Assembly (NCBI RefSeq): GCF_000372725.1
Contig: NW_005201102.1
Location: forward strand, 1 to 64,000
Length of the DNA stretch: 64,000 nt
Direction: 5' to 3'
Origin: Emiliania huxleyi CCMP1516
Taxonomy: Eukaryota
Part shown: positions 35,250-46,554 of the stretch, piece by piece
Layout of the letters: every line of letters begins with the position of its first letter
Position numbering within the stretch: the first letter of the stretch is position 1
The notes under the pieces: model-generated
What the model saw: the letters and a program-made list of their open reading frames with translations, nothing else
Told to the model about the DNA's origin: nothing
Databases searched by the model: none
Translations under genes and position numbers: made by a program

Positions 35250-37058
35250 ATGGGATGCGCCAGGGATCGGCTAGCCGATCCCTATGATGCCTCGCTCACA
35301 GGGTGGGATCCCAAGGAAGGGGGTGCCACGCTTGGCTCGCAAACGCCTCGGTCCTGCCGCCTGTTGTTCCCCATGAAAGGCATGATGCCCGGCTCCAACA
35401 CCCGAGAGCGCCTCCTCGAACAAGTGCCACCCAGAAGCGCCTCCTGCCTGCCAACCTGGACGCAAGCCACTGCGTTCGCCAACCTTTTGAAGACGATGAT
35501 CGGCAGCGGGCTCCTGACGCTGCCTTGGGCGACGAGTCAATTTGGCCTCGTCCTCTCGACAGTCGGCCTCGTGTACCTCGCGTACCTCTCGCAGGCGGCG
35601 ATCCGAATGACCGTTCGCTGCGCCGCGCTCACCTCCTCGAGCCGCAAGTCGATCCTCTCCGAGATACGCGTCTCCCAGATCTCGCAGTCCGGCGGTCGAG
35701 CTGGAGCGTCGGGCCCTTCCGTCACTCGCAGAGCAACCGTCCGCGACTCGCTCCGGCACTCGCAGAGCAACCGTTCGACGACGGACGGCGAGCCAAAGGA
35801 CGTCGCGCGCACAGTCGTCAACAACGAGGGCGATCCGATGCGTCGCTCGACTGTCGTTTCCGACGGCCACGGAGCCGGCTCGTGGCAGATCATCTCGTCG
35901 GCTGCCTTCGGTGAGCCGGGACGACTGATCACCCTCTTCTTCCTCCTCCTCGCCCAGTTTAGCCTGAGCGTGTCGTACTTTGACTATGTGGCGACCACGA
36001 CGGAGACCTACCTGCACGTGCCGCACCTCCAGAGCGTCTTCTGCGTCCTCGCGCTGCTCTCGATGCTCTCGATGCTCAAGCAGCTCAAGTCCGTCGCGTG
36101 GCTCTCCGCCGCCGCGCTCATCATCTACGTCTACGTCATCGTGCTCGTCGGCTACTTTGGGGCACAGGAGCTCGTCGACCCGAGCGGCCCTGCAGGCGCC
36201 AACGCGACCGCGGCGGCGCCGCTCGCCCTCGCCATCCCGTCGGGCCTCGGGCTGTGGTTCGGCCCGGCGCTCTTCGCCTTCGAAGGCATGGGCACCGCTC
36301 TCTCCATCTACGAGGCGATGGAGGACGCCGACCCGCGGCCCTACTTTTCGGTCGTCTCGGCGTCGTACAGCGTCTCGCTCGTGCTCTACGGCGCGATCGG
36401 CGTCTTTGGCTACGTTGCGTGGGGCGACGGCGTGCCGCGCGTCGTTGTGGACGCCTTCCCTGCGTACAACACGACGGACGGCATGAGCCCGTCCTTCGAG
36501 GGCGAGCTGACGCTCGTGGCACACCTCGCGCTCGCGATCATCCTCGCCTTCTCCTTCGTGCTCCAGATGACGCCCGTCTTCCATGTGCTCGAGGATGTCC
36601 TCCACGGCACGCCCTCCCCGCGCCTCCCGCCCATCCTCTGGCCGCTCACGCGCGTGCTCATCGTCGGCGCCGTCGCGCTCACCGGCACGCTGCTGCCCGA
36701 CATGGAGACGATGGTCTCGCTCACCGGCTCCGTCGGCTTGTCGGCCATCGGGTTCGTACTCCCTGGCCTCTTCTTCCTCAAGCTGCAGCCGCCGTCGCCA
36801 GGCGAAGTGGCCGCTGGCGGTGGCACGAGCACCGGCGGCAGCACGAGCGCCGCCTCGGTCGAGGAGGGTGAGCACGAGCGCCGCATCCTCGAGTCGGCGG
36901 CGCTGGCCACGACGATCAGGGCCAAGGAGACCGGCGAGCGGTGTGCGCGCCGGTGGGACACCTTCGTCGCGTGGCTCCTGGTCTTCACAGGCATCGTTGG
37001 CGGCGCATTAGGCCTCGTGGCCAGCTGTCAGCAACTCGCAAACGGCGACGCGTCGTAG
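35250..37058 (+). CDS. Amino acid transporter (Aa_trans / SLC36-38-like)
   Basis: AFANLLKTMIGSGLLTLPWA, LFAFEG, GVFGYVAWG, SLTGSV...IGFVLPGLFFLK; many TM segments. The start codon is uncertain. Confidence 0.93.
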   Translation: MGCARDRLADPYDASLTGWDPKEGGATLGSQTPRSCRLLFPMKGMMPGSNTRERLLEQVPPRSASCLPTWTQATAFANLLKTMIGSGLLTLPWATSQFGLVLSTVGLVYLAYLSQAAIRMTVRCAALTSSSRKSILSEIRVSQISQSGGRAGASGPSVTRRATVRDSLRHSQSNRSTTDGEPKDVARTVVNNEGDPMRRSTVVSDGHGAGSWQIISSAAFGEPGRLITLFFLLLAQFSLSVSYFDYVATTTETYLHVPHLQSVFCVLALLSMLSMLKQLKSVAWLSAAALIIYVYVIVLVGYFGAQELVDPSGPAGANATAAAPLALAIPSGLGLWFGPALFAFEGMGTALSIYEAMEDADPRPYFSVVSASYSVSLVLYGAIGVFGYVAWGDGVPRVVVDAFPAYNTTDGMSPSFEGELTLVAHLALAIILAFSFVLQMTPVFHVLEDVLHGTPSPRLPPILWPLTRVLIVGAVALTGTLLPDMETMVSLTGSVGLSAIGFVLPGLFFLKLQPPSPGEVAAGGGTSTGGSTSAASVEEGEHERRILESAALATTIRAKETGERCARRWDTFVAWLLVFTGIVGGALGLVASCQQLANGDAS

Positions 37059-37432
37059 GGATGCGTGCTCCGACGATGCCCCTACGTGAGAGTGGCGTGC
37101 GTTTCTGTAACACGCGGCGTGGCACGGTCGGACGCTGACGCCCACGCACGTATTGGCCTGATGGTGTACTCAGAGCTGTCGTCTGTGCTCGCGCGCAAGG
37201 GGTACAATGCGGCGAGGAGATGTACTGTCGGATGGTTAGCGGATAGCGGGGGCGTGCGGCGGGATTGGCGTTGGGCGGCGGCGCCCGCGAGGAAGAATGA
37301 ACTCGGAGGCCACTTCGAGACATTCGCCAAGAACGCTAGCTACATGGGAGGGCTTCGTGAAGGATGGATTGAGAAAAACATTCGAACAAAGAAGAGGCGA
37401 CGGGAGGAACCGGCAGAGGATGCAGTGACGTG

Positions 37433-37603
<171 letters not shown>

Positions 37604-37994
37604 GCTCACCCACGCGCACCGGGCCTCGCACTTTGAATGCCGTGGGGCTCCTGTCGTTAGACGTGGAGACGCGAGGGTTGCCCCCCCTTGCCCCACCACC
37701 TCGTGTGTGTGGAGAAGTTTACCTTACCTTACCTTACCTTAACTCGGAGGCCAGCAGGTGAGTGTTTCTTACTTTTGGGGGTCTTTGCACATATACACGA
37801 GGTGTCTCGCGGCGGTTCCAGGGCCGCTTCCGGATTCCGGTGTGTTTCGCGGCCGTCGGCGTTTCGCCTTTTTTCGGTTCGGGTTCGAGGCTTGGGTCTG
37901 CTGGTGCTGCGCGCGCTCCGGGTCTAGGGTACCCAACCCTGCACAATTCACGCCCACGCGCCCGTCGCTCGTGACTCGCTCCCGCGCATCGCAG

Positions 37995-38236
37995 GCGTTG
38001 TGCTCGACTTGCTTCGCATCTTCGCCACAATCCAACTTTTCGTGCCGTCGGAGGCGGAAACGCTGCACGCCTTCCTTTACCTCGCCACCTTTGGCGTGGC
38101 GGGCGCCCTCATCACGGCGCTCGCGGCGCTGGTCACCAACAAGGCGGTGCAGGCAAAGTCGCAGCAGATGGCGGCCACGCTCCTGGCCCCGCTGCGCAAA
38201 GGCGCGGGCACCAGATCCGACACGCCGATGATCTGA
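37995..38236 (+). CDS. Orphan terminal exon of a membrane protein
   Basis: CAG acceptor, then VVLDLLRIFATIQLFVPSEAETLHAFLYLATFGVAGALITALAALV...stop; upstream exons not evident. Confidence 0.4.
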
Positions 38237-38359
38237 GGCTCGAGGCAGGGGCGGGGGGGCCTGGCGTCACCGGCGCGGTCACGGATCAGCAGCAGCAAAA
38301 CCGCGTTGGTGCGGGGCCGCAGTAATCGGACAAAATTTTCTTCTTTCTACTTTCAAAGA

Positions 38360-38520
38360 GATCGCTCGCTGCGGCATCTCGGGCGTATCTCGCATCTCGG
38401 GCGCACGTCTCGGACTCGGCGAGGTGTGGATGGGTTGGGAAAGTCCTTTTTCTCCCGGCCGGGGTGGGGCGCGCGCGGGGGCGGCGGGTGTGCGGGATGT
38501 CTGTGGGCCCGAGCGATGTT
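38360..38520 (-). mobile_element. Partial copy of the ~490-bp element
   Basis: ctcccggccggggtggggcgcgcgcgggggcggcgggtgtgcgg...gatgtctgtg...cccgagcgat matches the reverse complement of 6665-6746. Confidence 0.75.
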
Positions 38521-38601
38521 CGAGAAAAGAAAAGCGAAAACTAAGAGAAATCAAAAGCCTCACACGCCTCTTTTGCCTCCCCTCTCGCCGCCCCTCCGGT
38601 G

Positions 38602-39861
38602 ATGGTCATTTGGCGCTGGCTTGATGCGCTCGTTTGTGTGACATCCTTCTGCGCCTTCCATTGGACCGGGGACTGGTTTTTGGGGCTTGCACCCCCCCTT
38701 CTTCTCATCGTTTTCGCCAACTGGCAGGGCGGCGCGCGGCAATTTACGACATGGTTCGAGAGCGCAGCATTCACCGTGTTGGACGTGGTCATCTGGACGG
38801 TTGAGCACGTGCTGTCTCCGTTTCAAGAGCCACCGATCGTCGTCCAGAGGGCACGCTACGAGCAGCAGCGGGAGCGTGAGCAGCAGCGGCGGCGGGAGAA
38901 GGCGGCGGCAGAGGCGGCAGAGCGCGATCGTCAGAGACGTGAGCGGCGGGAGAAGGCGGCGGCAGAGGCGGCAGAGCGCGAGCGTCAGAAACGCGAGCGG
39001 CGGCGGCGGAGGAAGGCGGCGGAGCCGCCGAGGCGGCCGACCGGAGGAGGTGAGATGGCGGCGGTGGCAGAGGAGGAGCTGTTGAGTGAGGCGGCGAGGG
39101 CAGCTGCAGGTGGGGCTGTGGCGAGGGCGGCGGAGGAGGCGGAGGCACGTGAGGCGGAAGAGAGAGAGGTGGTAGCGGCACGGGAGTCGGCAGCGCGAGC
39201 GGCGGCGGCGGCGGAGGCGGAGCGGGCGGCGGAGGCCGCGGCCGCCGCCACTGCCGCGGCGGCCGAGATGCGAAAGCATGGCTCGGCGGTTGCGGAGGCG
39301 AGCGCGCTGCGCGCGCTGCAGGCGCTCACGAGCAGCACCTCGCTCGAGGAGCGGCGCGCGGCGGCGGCGGCGGCGGCGTCGCACGCGTCGGCCCTGCCTG
39401 CCCTCGTGGGGGAGATTGAAAAGGCGGAGCGAGCCGCGGCCGAGGCGACCGACCGGTTCGTCTCGACCGAGGAGCCGGTCATGAATACTCCGACCGATGG
39501 CGCAGATGAGCAGGCGGAGGCGGCGGCGGTTGCGGCAGAGGCCCCTCCCTCTTCTCGCCCGGCAAGGTCCGCCACGGCGGCCGCGGCGGCCGACGCGGGA
39601 GCACCGGCCCCCACGCACGGCGCGCCCCCGCCGCCCCACGCCCTCGTCTCGCTCGCAGACGCTAGCTTCGACACGGGCCGGCCGCCGGAGTCCACGATGG
39701 GCGGCGAGACGACGTGCATAATTTGCTTCACCGACCCGAAGTCTCACATAGCGACGCCGTGTGGCCATGTGTGCTCTTGCAGGCGGTGTTCCGCAAAGAT
39801 GGAGCGGTGTCCTGTCTGTCGCGCGCCAGTGGAGAGGTGGTTCCAGGTGCATGTCGCGTGA
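38602..39861 (+). CDS. RING-finger (C3HC4) protein with N-terminal TM segments and coiled coil
   Basis: C-terminal CIIC...PCGHVCSCRRC...CPVCR; hydrophobic N-terminus; intronless. Confidence 0.88.
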   Translation: MVIWRWLDALVCVTSFCAFHWTGDWFLGLAPPLLLIVFANWQGGARQFTTWFESAAFTVLDVVIWTVEHVLSPFQEPPIVVQRARYEQQREREQQRRREKAAAEAAERDRQRRERREKAAAEAAERERQKRERRRRRKAAEPPRRPTGGGEMAAVAEEELLSEAARAAAGGAVARAAEEAEAREAEEREVVAARESAARAAAAAEAERAAEAAAAATAAAAEMRKHGSAVAEASALRALQALTSSTSLEERRAAAAAAASHASALPALVGEIEKAERAAAEATDRFVSTEEPVMNTPTDGADEQAEAAAVAAEAPPSSRPARSATAAAAADAGAPAPTHGAPPPPHALVSLADASFDTGRPPESTMGGETTCIICFTDPKSHIATPCGHVCSCRRCSAKMERCPVCRAPVERWFQVHVA

Positions 39862-39935
39862 GAGGGTGTACGTATTTCGATGCGGTGGAGTATAAAAACA
39901 AGTGGCAAGTGCGAGGGGAACACGAGAAGACGAGA

Positions 39936-41327
39936 TCACGTGGCCTCAGCGCTGGCAGGAGGCAGAGGCTGCGCCAACGCCACTGGCAGCGCTGCCGTCC
40001 GCTCGACTGCCGTCGCGTCAGCCTCCGCCAGAGTCCCAGCCGAGGCAAGGTCTCGCAGATACGCCGACATCTCTGCGGCGCGAACCATGCAGCAGTACAC
40101 GCCGAGAACGCGCAGCGCCGCCGGCCCGGCGTCCGCGCACGTGAAGACGGCGTCGGACGCCACCGCCACGTTGAGGTCCTCTGCCACCGCCCGGATCGCG
40201 GTGGAGAGGACGCACGACTCTGTCCAGCAGCCCGCCAGCAGGAGCGTGTCGACGCCGTGCGCGTCGAGCTCTGCACGCAGCACGGAGCGCCTGCGGGACA
40301 CGTCCGGGCACGCGTCGCGGACACGCCCACAGGACAGGACACCCGCCCGCGGCTCGGAAGTGCCCGTCTCGCCGCCTCGCCGCGAAGGCGTCGAAGGCGT
40401 GCGAGTCGATGACGCGCGACCTCTCGGCGGCGGTCCGAGGAGCAAGCTGCGGCCAGGGCGGCGGTGGGAGCTGAGGCGAGGGCGAGGCGGCGGAGGCAAA
40501 AGCGAGGAGAGGCCAGGTCGAGGGATTGTCCCCATGCAAACAGCGGGGCTGGGAGGGCTACCCGTTCGCATCTCCACATCCCGTGAGTGCCGGCAGGAGC
40601 TGGCGCGGCGCTCGAAGGCGCTCAATGGCGAGAGTGGCGCCCAAAGGCCGCGCGCTGCGGCGTGTGGCGTGGCGGTGAGCAGCGGGGCGAGCAAGCCTCG
40701 TGCATGATGGCGCGTCCCTTGTCCGATGCGAGGTAGAGCGGGTTGTCGTGCGACGCGACGCCCCATGGGCCAAAGTACTCGTCGAGGGCGCCGTAGTGCG
40801 CGTCGGTGGGCGAGGTGCGGCACCAGCGGGACCAGAGGACGACGACGCCTGCAGGCGGGCTTCAGACGGGGTCCAGACAAGGCTCCCAGTCATCGCCGGT
40901 GCGACCAGAGAGAAACGGCGCCGGCGGCTCGCGCCGCAGCGACGAGATCGCAGAGGCGAGAGAGGACGCGTGGCGGCATGAGCGAGCGGTACTCCTCCTG
41001 CGCGTCGTCAATCAGCAGCGCCACGCGCCTCGGCCTGTCGCCGAGACGCCAAGAGCACGAGAAGTGGAGCCGTCTCTCTCGGCAGCCAGCGCGGCTGATC
41101 CGAAGATTCTCCATGCGGTCGAGCGAGTCCCGCCGGCACGCTGGCGACGCGAATGGCCGGCTGTAGATCACCATTGGCCGAGGATAGAGAGCGCCGCCCT
41201 CGCCGAGACAAGGCTCGGCGACGAGGCGCTCCTGCTCGCTCCCGGGAAGGAGCGCACCGAGGCAGCACTCGTCCAAAAAGTCCAGGAGGTCGTGCTTGGC
41301 GAGGCGCAGCGACGCGGCGAGATGCAT
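39936..41327 (-). CDS. Isochorismatase / cysteine hydrolase family protein, multi-exon
   Basis: VALLIDDAQEEY, VIDSHAFDAF, LDAHGVDTLLLAGCWTESCVLSTAIRA...VAVASDAV. Confidence 0.85.
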
Positions 41328-41830
41328 GACGTCGGCGAGCCACGCCGTAGGCGACGAAAAGCGGAGAAGGCGATAGTTGGAATAAAGAAATTCAGGGGCC
41401 AACGAAACTCCCTCGCACAACACTGGGCACGGGACTGGCGCGTTGGAGTAAAGAATATAGTTGGCCGAATAAAAGAATTTTCAGTGTATGTTGCTCTTAC
41501 GTACATTCCCGGAGGAGGACTGCTGACAGGGTTTGCGATGAGGAGCGATTTTAAGGCTGGGTTGTGAGGTTCGATGATTTGTGAGTTTCTGTACATTCCC
41601 ATTCCGGGGAACGAAGGAGGGGAACGAGCGAATGAGTTTCATGTACAGTTGTCGCTTCTCGTCTCGGTTCGAGGCCGAGCACACTCAAAAGCACTGAGGT
41701 GCTCCCAGCGCACGCCAGGCCGCCCCTAGTCCACCAAAAATCGACCTCTCGCCCCTCTTGCGGCAGGCCAAGCGCTGTCCGCGAGCGTGGAGCCGCTGGA
41801 GCCACCCGCCACCGAGCGAGAGCGCTCTCG

Positions 41831-44155
41831 ATGTTTGGCGCACGCTCTTCAAACACCTATTTGGAGCCGCCGGTGCTCACATTTCTCCAGCATGAGCGCG
41901 GTAGCACGTGCATAAATCTCTCGAGCGCGGGGCAGCACCAAAAGTATGCAAAGGCCGTGTCTCAAGCACGCTCGGCCGTCAACGCCCACAGCTCGACTTT
42001 CCCTCCGGGCACATTTGCTGAGGTCAACGCCGTGCGCCGCCGCTGCGACGAGATGCTCGTCAGCGTGAAAAACGAGCTCGCCCTCGGCCTCGCCCAGCTC
42101 GACGCCTCCGCCTCCGAGGGAGGTCAGCCCACGGAAGCCGCCCTCGCCGCGCTCGAGCGGGCGTCGCGCTCTGCGGCGGAGGCCTTCTACAGGGCCTTCG
42201 GCGAGTACAACTCGGTGGTCAAGCAGGCGCTCGAGGAGTGCCACGCCTCCTCGTCGGCCTCGACGAGGCCCGACTGGCAGGCCATGCGCTGCTTCGACCT
42301 GCTCAAGAACTGCCTCGGCGAGATGCGGGCCTGGCTGTGCGGCGCCCTCGCACTGCCCAGAGCGGGGCTGGAGGGGCTCCCCGCGCGCGCCACCACCGAC
42401 CTGCTCTTCAGCTTGCGCGAGCAGCGGGCGCGGACAGAGGAGCTGCGAGCCCTCGCCCCGCCCCGCATGCTCGAGCTCCTCGGCGCTGCCGTCGAGATGG
42501 ACCCGGAGCTGCGCTCGCTGCTCGCAAAGCTCGAGGAGTCGCTCGACGTGTGCACCGTCCGCAAGGCGGGCCTCATCCCGCCGCGCCTGTGGCGGCTCAT
42601 CACGTCGCACATCGCAAAGATCGAGCAGCTGCAGGTCATGCTGCACAACTACGCCTCCTCGCCCAGCTCGCCGCGCAGCTCGCCGCCGCACTCCTGGCAG
42701 GGCTCGCCGACGCCCCCCCGCCGGGCTCACGCCTCGTCACCGCCAGCTGCCTGCCAGACGACCCCGACCACCCAAGGTGCGGGCGGCACCGCGGCGCTGT
42801 CGCAGGAGGATGTCGCGGGCGCTGCCCTGGCCCTCCTCGGGGGCGTGCGTGGAGACGGCTTGCTGCAGGAGGACCTGCACGCGCTCTCGGGCGACCAGAT
42901 CAAGGAGCTCCTCCTGCTGCGGCTCGGCGACTCGGAGGGTGCGCGGGCGTGCTCGCCCTCGGGGCGCCCCCAGGCTCCCGAGCTCGCGAAGCGCGGGCGC
43001 GCGCCCGCGCTGGTGGCGGCGGGCGACGCCACGGGCGCGTGCGGAGGCTCCCTGTCGAGCTCCGAGCCGCAGGTGACTCGCGCCGCCCTCGACGACCTCG
43101 TCTTCCGCGGCCGGCTGGGGAGCGGCTTGGGCGGCTCCACCTACCTCGCCGAGTGGCGGGGGGAGGTGGTGGCGGCCAAGGTTGCCAGCGGGCGAGAGGA
43201 CGCCTGCGCGAGCTGGAACGTCGAGGTCGGCATGCTGGCGGGGCTTTCGCAGCCAGGCCACCCCAACGTGGTCCGGCTCCTCGGCGCGGTGGAGGAGCGG
43301 CTCACGCGCTGCGTCATCCTCGAGTACTGCGACGGCGGCGACCTGCAGCAGGCGCTGCAGCGGCCGACGCCGCGCCGCTTCTTCTTCCGCGTCGCCTCGG
43401 GCGTCGCCACCGGCCTCACCTTCCTGCACGCCAACGGAGTGATGCACCGCGACCTCAAGTCGCCAAACGTGCTGCTGCACGGCGAGCACGGCGTCAAGAT
43501 CGCCGACTTCGGCCTCGCCGCCGACGTGCAGCCGACAGGCTTGACCCGCACTCACTGCTTGGGGCGCGAGGTGCTCACGCCAGAGACAGGCGCGCGCGGT
43601 GGACGGCGAGAGGGCGCTTCCCGCAACGGTACGCACATCCACCCCCCCGTCCCCGATCCTGCACCTGCAGGCAGCTACCGCTGGATGGCGCCCGAGATCG
43701 TGATGCACGAGGCCTACTCCAAGAGCGCGGACGTCTTTTCGTACGCCATGATCCTCTTCGAGCTCATCACACACACCGTCCCCTTCTCCGACCGCTCGGC
43801 GCTGCAGGCCGCCGTCTCTATCGGCCTGCAGGGAAAGCGGCCCCGCCTCCCCGCTGGCACGCCCACGCTGCTTCGCGACCTCGTCGAGAGCTGCTGGGCC
43901 GAGGACATCGCCAGCCGCCCGCGTGCGCTGCACCTCGAGTCGCAGGTGGCTTCGCTCGAGTCGACCCTCTCCCCCTCCGACCGCGAGTGGCTCGAGTGCC
44001 CGCTCGGCAATCCGGTCCTCAAGGAGGAGCCGCCGCCGCCCAACGACAACAGCGGAGCGCCGCTCGCCGTGGCGGAGCGGCGCCGGCGGCGCTCGCACCA
44101 GCTCGGAGTGTGCTCGGGCGGCATCATGGCCAGCAACCAGGGCAGTGAATCGTAG
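41831..44155 (+). CDS. NIT (nitrate/nitrite-sensing)-like domain + TKL/Raf-like protein kinase
   Basis: N-terminal LQHERGSTCINLSS, AFGEYNSVV, LKNCLGEMRA. Kinase motifs GSGLGG, VAAK, HPNVV, HRDLKSPN, DFG, GSYRWMAPE, DVFSYA. An 81-bp GC-AG intron lies at 43590-43670. Confidence 0.85.
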   Translation: MFGARSSNTYLEPPVLTFLQHERGSTCINLSSAGQHQKYAKAVSQARSAVNAHSSTFPPGTFAEVNAVRRRCDEMLVSVKNELALGLAQLDASASEGGQPTEAALAALERASRSAAEAFYRAFGEYNSVVKQALEECHASSSASTRPDWQAMRCFDLLKNCLGEMRAWLCGALALPRAGLEGLPARATTDLLFSLREQRARTEELRALAPPRMLELLGAAVEMDPELRSLLAKLEESLDVCTVRKAGLIPPRLWRLITSHIAKIEQLQVMLHNYASSPSSPRSSPPHSWQGSPTPPRRAHASSPPAACQTTPTTQGAGGTAALSQEDVAGAALALLGGVRGDGLLQEDLHALSGDQIKELLLLRLGDSEGARACSPSGRPQAPELAKRGRAPALVAAGDATGACGGSLSSSEPQVTRAALDDLVFRGRLGSGLGGSTYLAEWRGEVVAAKVASGREDACASWNVEVGMLAGLSQPGHPNVVRLLGAVEERLTRCVILEYCDGGDLQQALQRPTPRRFFFRVASGVATGLTFLHANGVMHRDLKSPNVLLHGEHGVKIADFGLAADVQPTGLTRTHCLGREVLTPETGARGGRREGASRNGTHIHPPVPDPAPAGSYRWMAPEIVMHEAYSKSADVFSYAMILFELITHTVPFSDRSALQAAVSIGLQGKRPRLPAGTPTLLRDLVESCWAEDIASRPRALHLESQVASLESTLSPSDREWLECPLGNPVLKEEPPPPNDNSGAPLAVAERRRRRSHQLGVCSGGIMASNQGSES

Positions 44156-45639
44156 CTTCGCCCCCCTCGTCGATCGATACGATCCCGTCTTCGCTGTCGA
44201 GCCAGGAGGAGATGGTTACGCTCACGGCGGAGCTGGGGGCTCTCCGGGAGGTTGCCCTGGCCAGCAGCAGCACGTAGGAGCGAGGCGTCAGGCGAGCGCG
44301 CTGGAGCTCCGGCTCTGGATTCCTTGGAGGCGGCGCTGGCTCCTCCCCCCGCCCCCCCTCCCCTCGAGCGCCGCGGCGATTGCACTCTGTTGCCACACAA
44401 ATCTGCGGGCAGCTCTAGGCCCCGGTTGATTCTCTCCCTTGCCCGGCCCGGGTCTCGGGTCGGTCGGTTGAACCGAGCACTCTCGATGCCCACTGTACAC
44501 TTTGTTCGGCTTCGGCGCTGTCCTCTCTCCGGAGAGAAGCAGTCAATTTAGCAGAGAGGCCCTTACCGAGTTGGTGTCCAGTCCGAGCCAGACTGTTCTT
44601 CACCTTTCTACCTAACCTAACACGTAGAGGTTGGCCGGTTGCGAGGTGTCGATGTGAGTTCTTCGTTGTGCGGGCATGTGTGTGAGCACACAGTCCTCAG
44701 AGACAAATAGTTAGGGTGCCCACAGGGCCCAAAAAAAGAAAGGAAAAAAGAAATGGGCGCACCCCGATCGCAGCACTTCGTGTTGGCGAGTCGAGAAATT
44801 GAGAGTGTGACTAGGAGGGTGTGACGCGGGGTATTCTCAAAGGTATACCCTTGGAATGGCCGGATCCAGCCTTAACAGTACGAGATCGCGCGCGCTTCGC
44901 GCGCTGCACCGCCTGTTCTCCGCGGCTGTGTGACGACGCGTGCCGTGTACCAGCAGACTTGGGCGCGCGCGGCGCGACGGCGCCCGCGAGGGAAGGCGCG
45001 GGTGCAGCGGCCGCCGGCGGTCGTACCGCTCGCCGGCCAGCGCAGCAGCGGCCAGCGCAGCGGCCGCCGGCGCAGCAGCCAGAGCAGCCGGTGCGCGCCT
45101 TGCGAGGCGAGTACTGCCGCCCGGCAGCCTTGAGAGGCGGCCAGGCGGCAGTACTCGTTCGAGCTTTGCGAGCTGTGCGCGCGCCGAGGCGCGCGCGGCG
45201 CGCGCCCGCCCGGCTGCCAGTAGGAGGCGGCGCAATATGGCCTATAGTACAGCCCTTGAGGAGGAGGAAGAGGCTGGCTGGCAGTGCTGTATGCCGCCGA
45301 GGGGCAGTTTTGGGGTGCTGTCCCCATCCCAGGGGGCTGCAGAAGGCGTCCGCAACCGGGACAACCCGGGACAACCCGCCCCCCCAGCCGAGGCCGGTCG
45401 AAGCCCACTTGGGCACAGCCATGAGGAGTCCTCTTGGTGCTCCTGGCGGCCGTTCAAAGGTCGGGCGCGCGCCAATGGGGGGGCGGGGGGGGTCTTGCTT
45501 GCTCCACACCGAGCGCCATCGGTCCGGACCGGCGTGCCCACCGAGGGTCGGCTTGCACAAGGTCTGAGCCGCGGGCGCTCGGCGCCAAGTGCAGTGTCAC
45601 GCTCGCACGCGAAGGGGACACAATGGGAAAAACTCGTTT

Positions 45640-46040
45640 CCTATTCACTCGGTCCCCCAACGGGAGAGGCCTCGCTCCTATTGGAACACACTCCAACATC
45701 AGATTTGCCTCGTGCGTCCCTTTTTGAGCCGGAAAGCTATTTTCTTTTGGGTCCCGACCCACCTCCTCGCGTTCTTCTCGGCGTCATGTCCAACCCCGTC
45801 AAGCCTTCAATGCGCGCCCAGCAGCGCAAGTGGGCCGGCCACTTCCAGCACGCAGCCAACGTGGACGTGCGGTTTGTGCTGGGCACCACCTTTTTCAACA
45901 ACACGCAGCGGCCTCCGCCCGAGTGGGACGAGCTCAAGGCGGAGGAGAAGGAGCACAAGGACATCATCTTTGTCGAGGGCCGCGAGAAGCTGCCGCACAT
46001 CGGCGTCGTCACGGAGAAGAGCGCGTCGTTCTGGCTCTGG
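45640..46040 (+). pseudogene. Truncated GT31 galactosyltransferase-like fragment
   Basis: VLLGVMSNP...RAQQRKW...VRFVLG...LKAEEKEHKDIIFV...EKSASFW; the sequence stops before the DxD motif. Confidence 0.7.
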
Positions 46041-46104
46041 GGCCAAAAACCCGGCGACGACGGCGCTCTGGATGGGGCGTGACCTCCTGCCTCCAACCTC
46101 CTTC

Positions 46105-46532
46105 CTTTTTTGAGCAGGTGTGCCGCCGCGCGAGCGACGCTCCGAGATCGCCCGAGATAGCGCGGCGCGGCCCCGAGATCGCCCGAGATTGCGCGAGATC
46201 GCCCGAGATCGCGCGGCGCGGCCCGAGGCGAGGTGGATGGGTTGGGAGCAAGGGGGCGGAAGTGATCAGTGCGGTTGATCGGTCAGTCGGGGCGCGTGAG
46301 CCGGACTTGTGAGCCGGACGGCTTTCATTTCTCTCTGCGTTGTTGAGCCAGGACTCAACATAAGTAAGTAAGATACTCGTTCTGTTGCCATCCCAAACTG
46401 TCACTCCCCTCTCTCCCGGCCGGGGTGGGGCGCGCGCGGGGGCGGCGGGTGTGCGGCGGGTGTGCGGGATGTGTGTGGGACGGAGAGAGCGATGTGCTTG
46501 TGTCCGCCTTGCGTTTGTTTTCACATCGAAGG
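46105..46532 (-). mobile_element. ~430-bp copy 2 of the dispersed element
   Basis: Reverse-complement homology to 6626-7105 from ccttcgatg to cacacctgctcaaaaa. Confidence 0.8.
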
Positions 46533-46554
46533 AGTCAGAAAAGAATGCGATATC

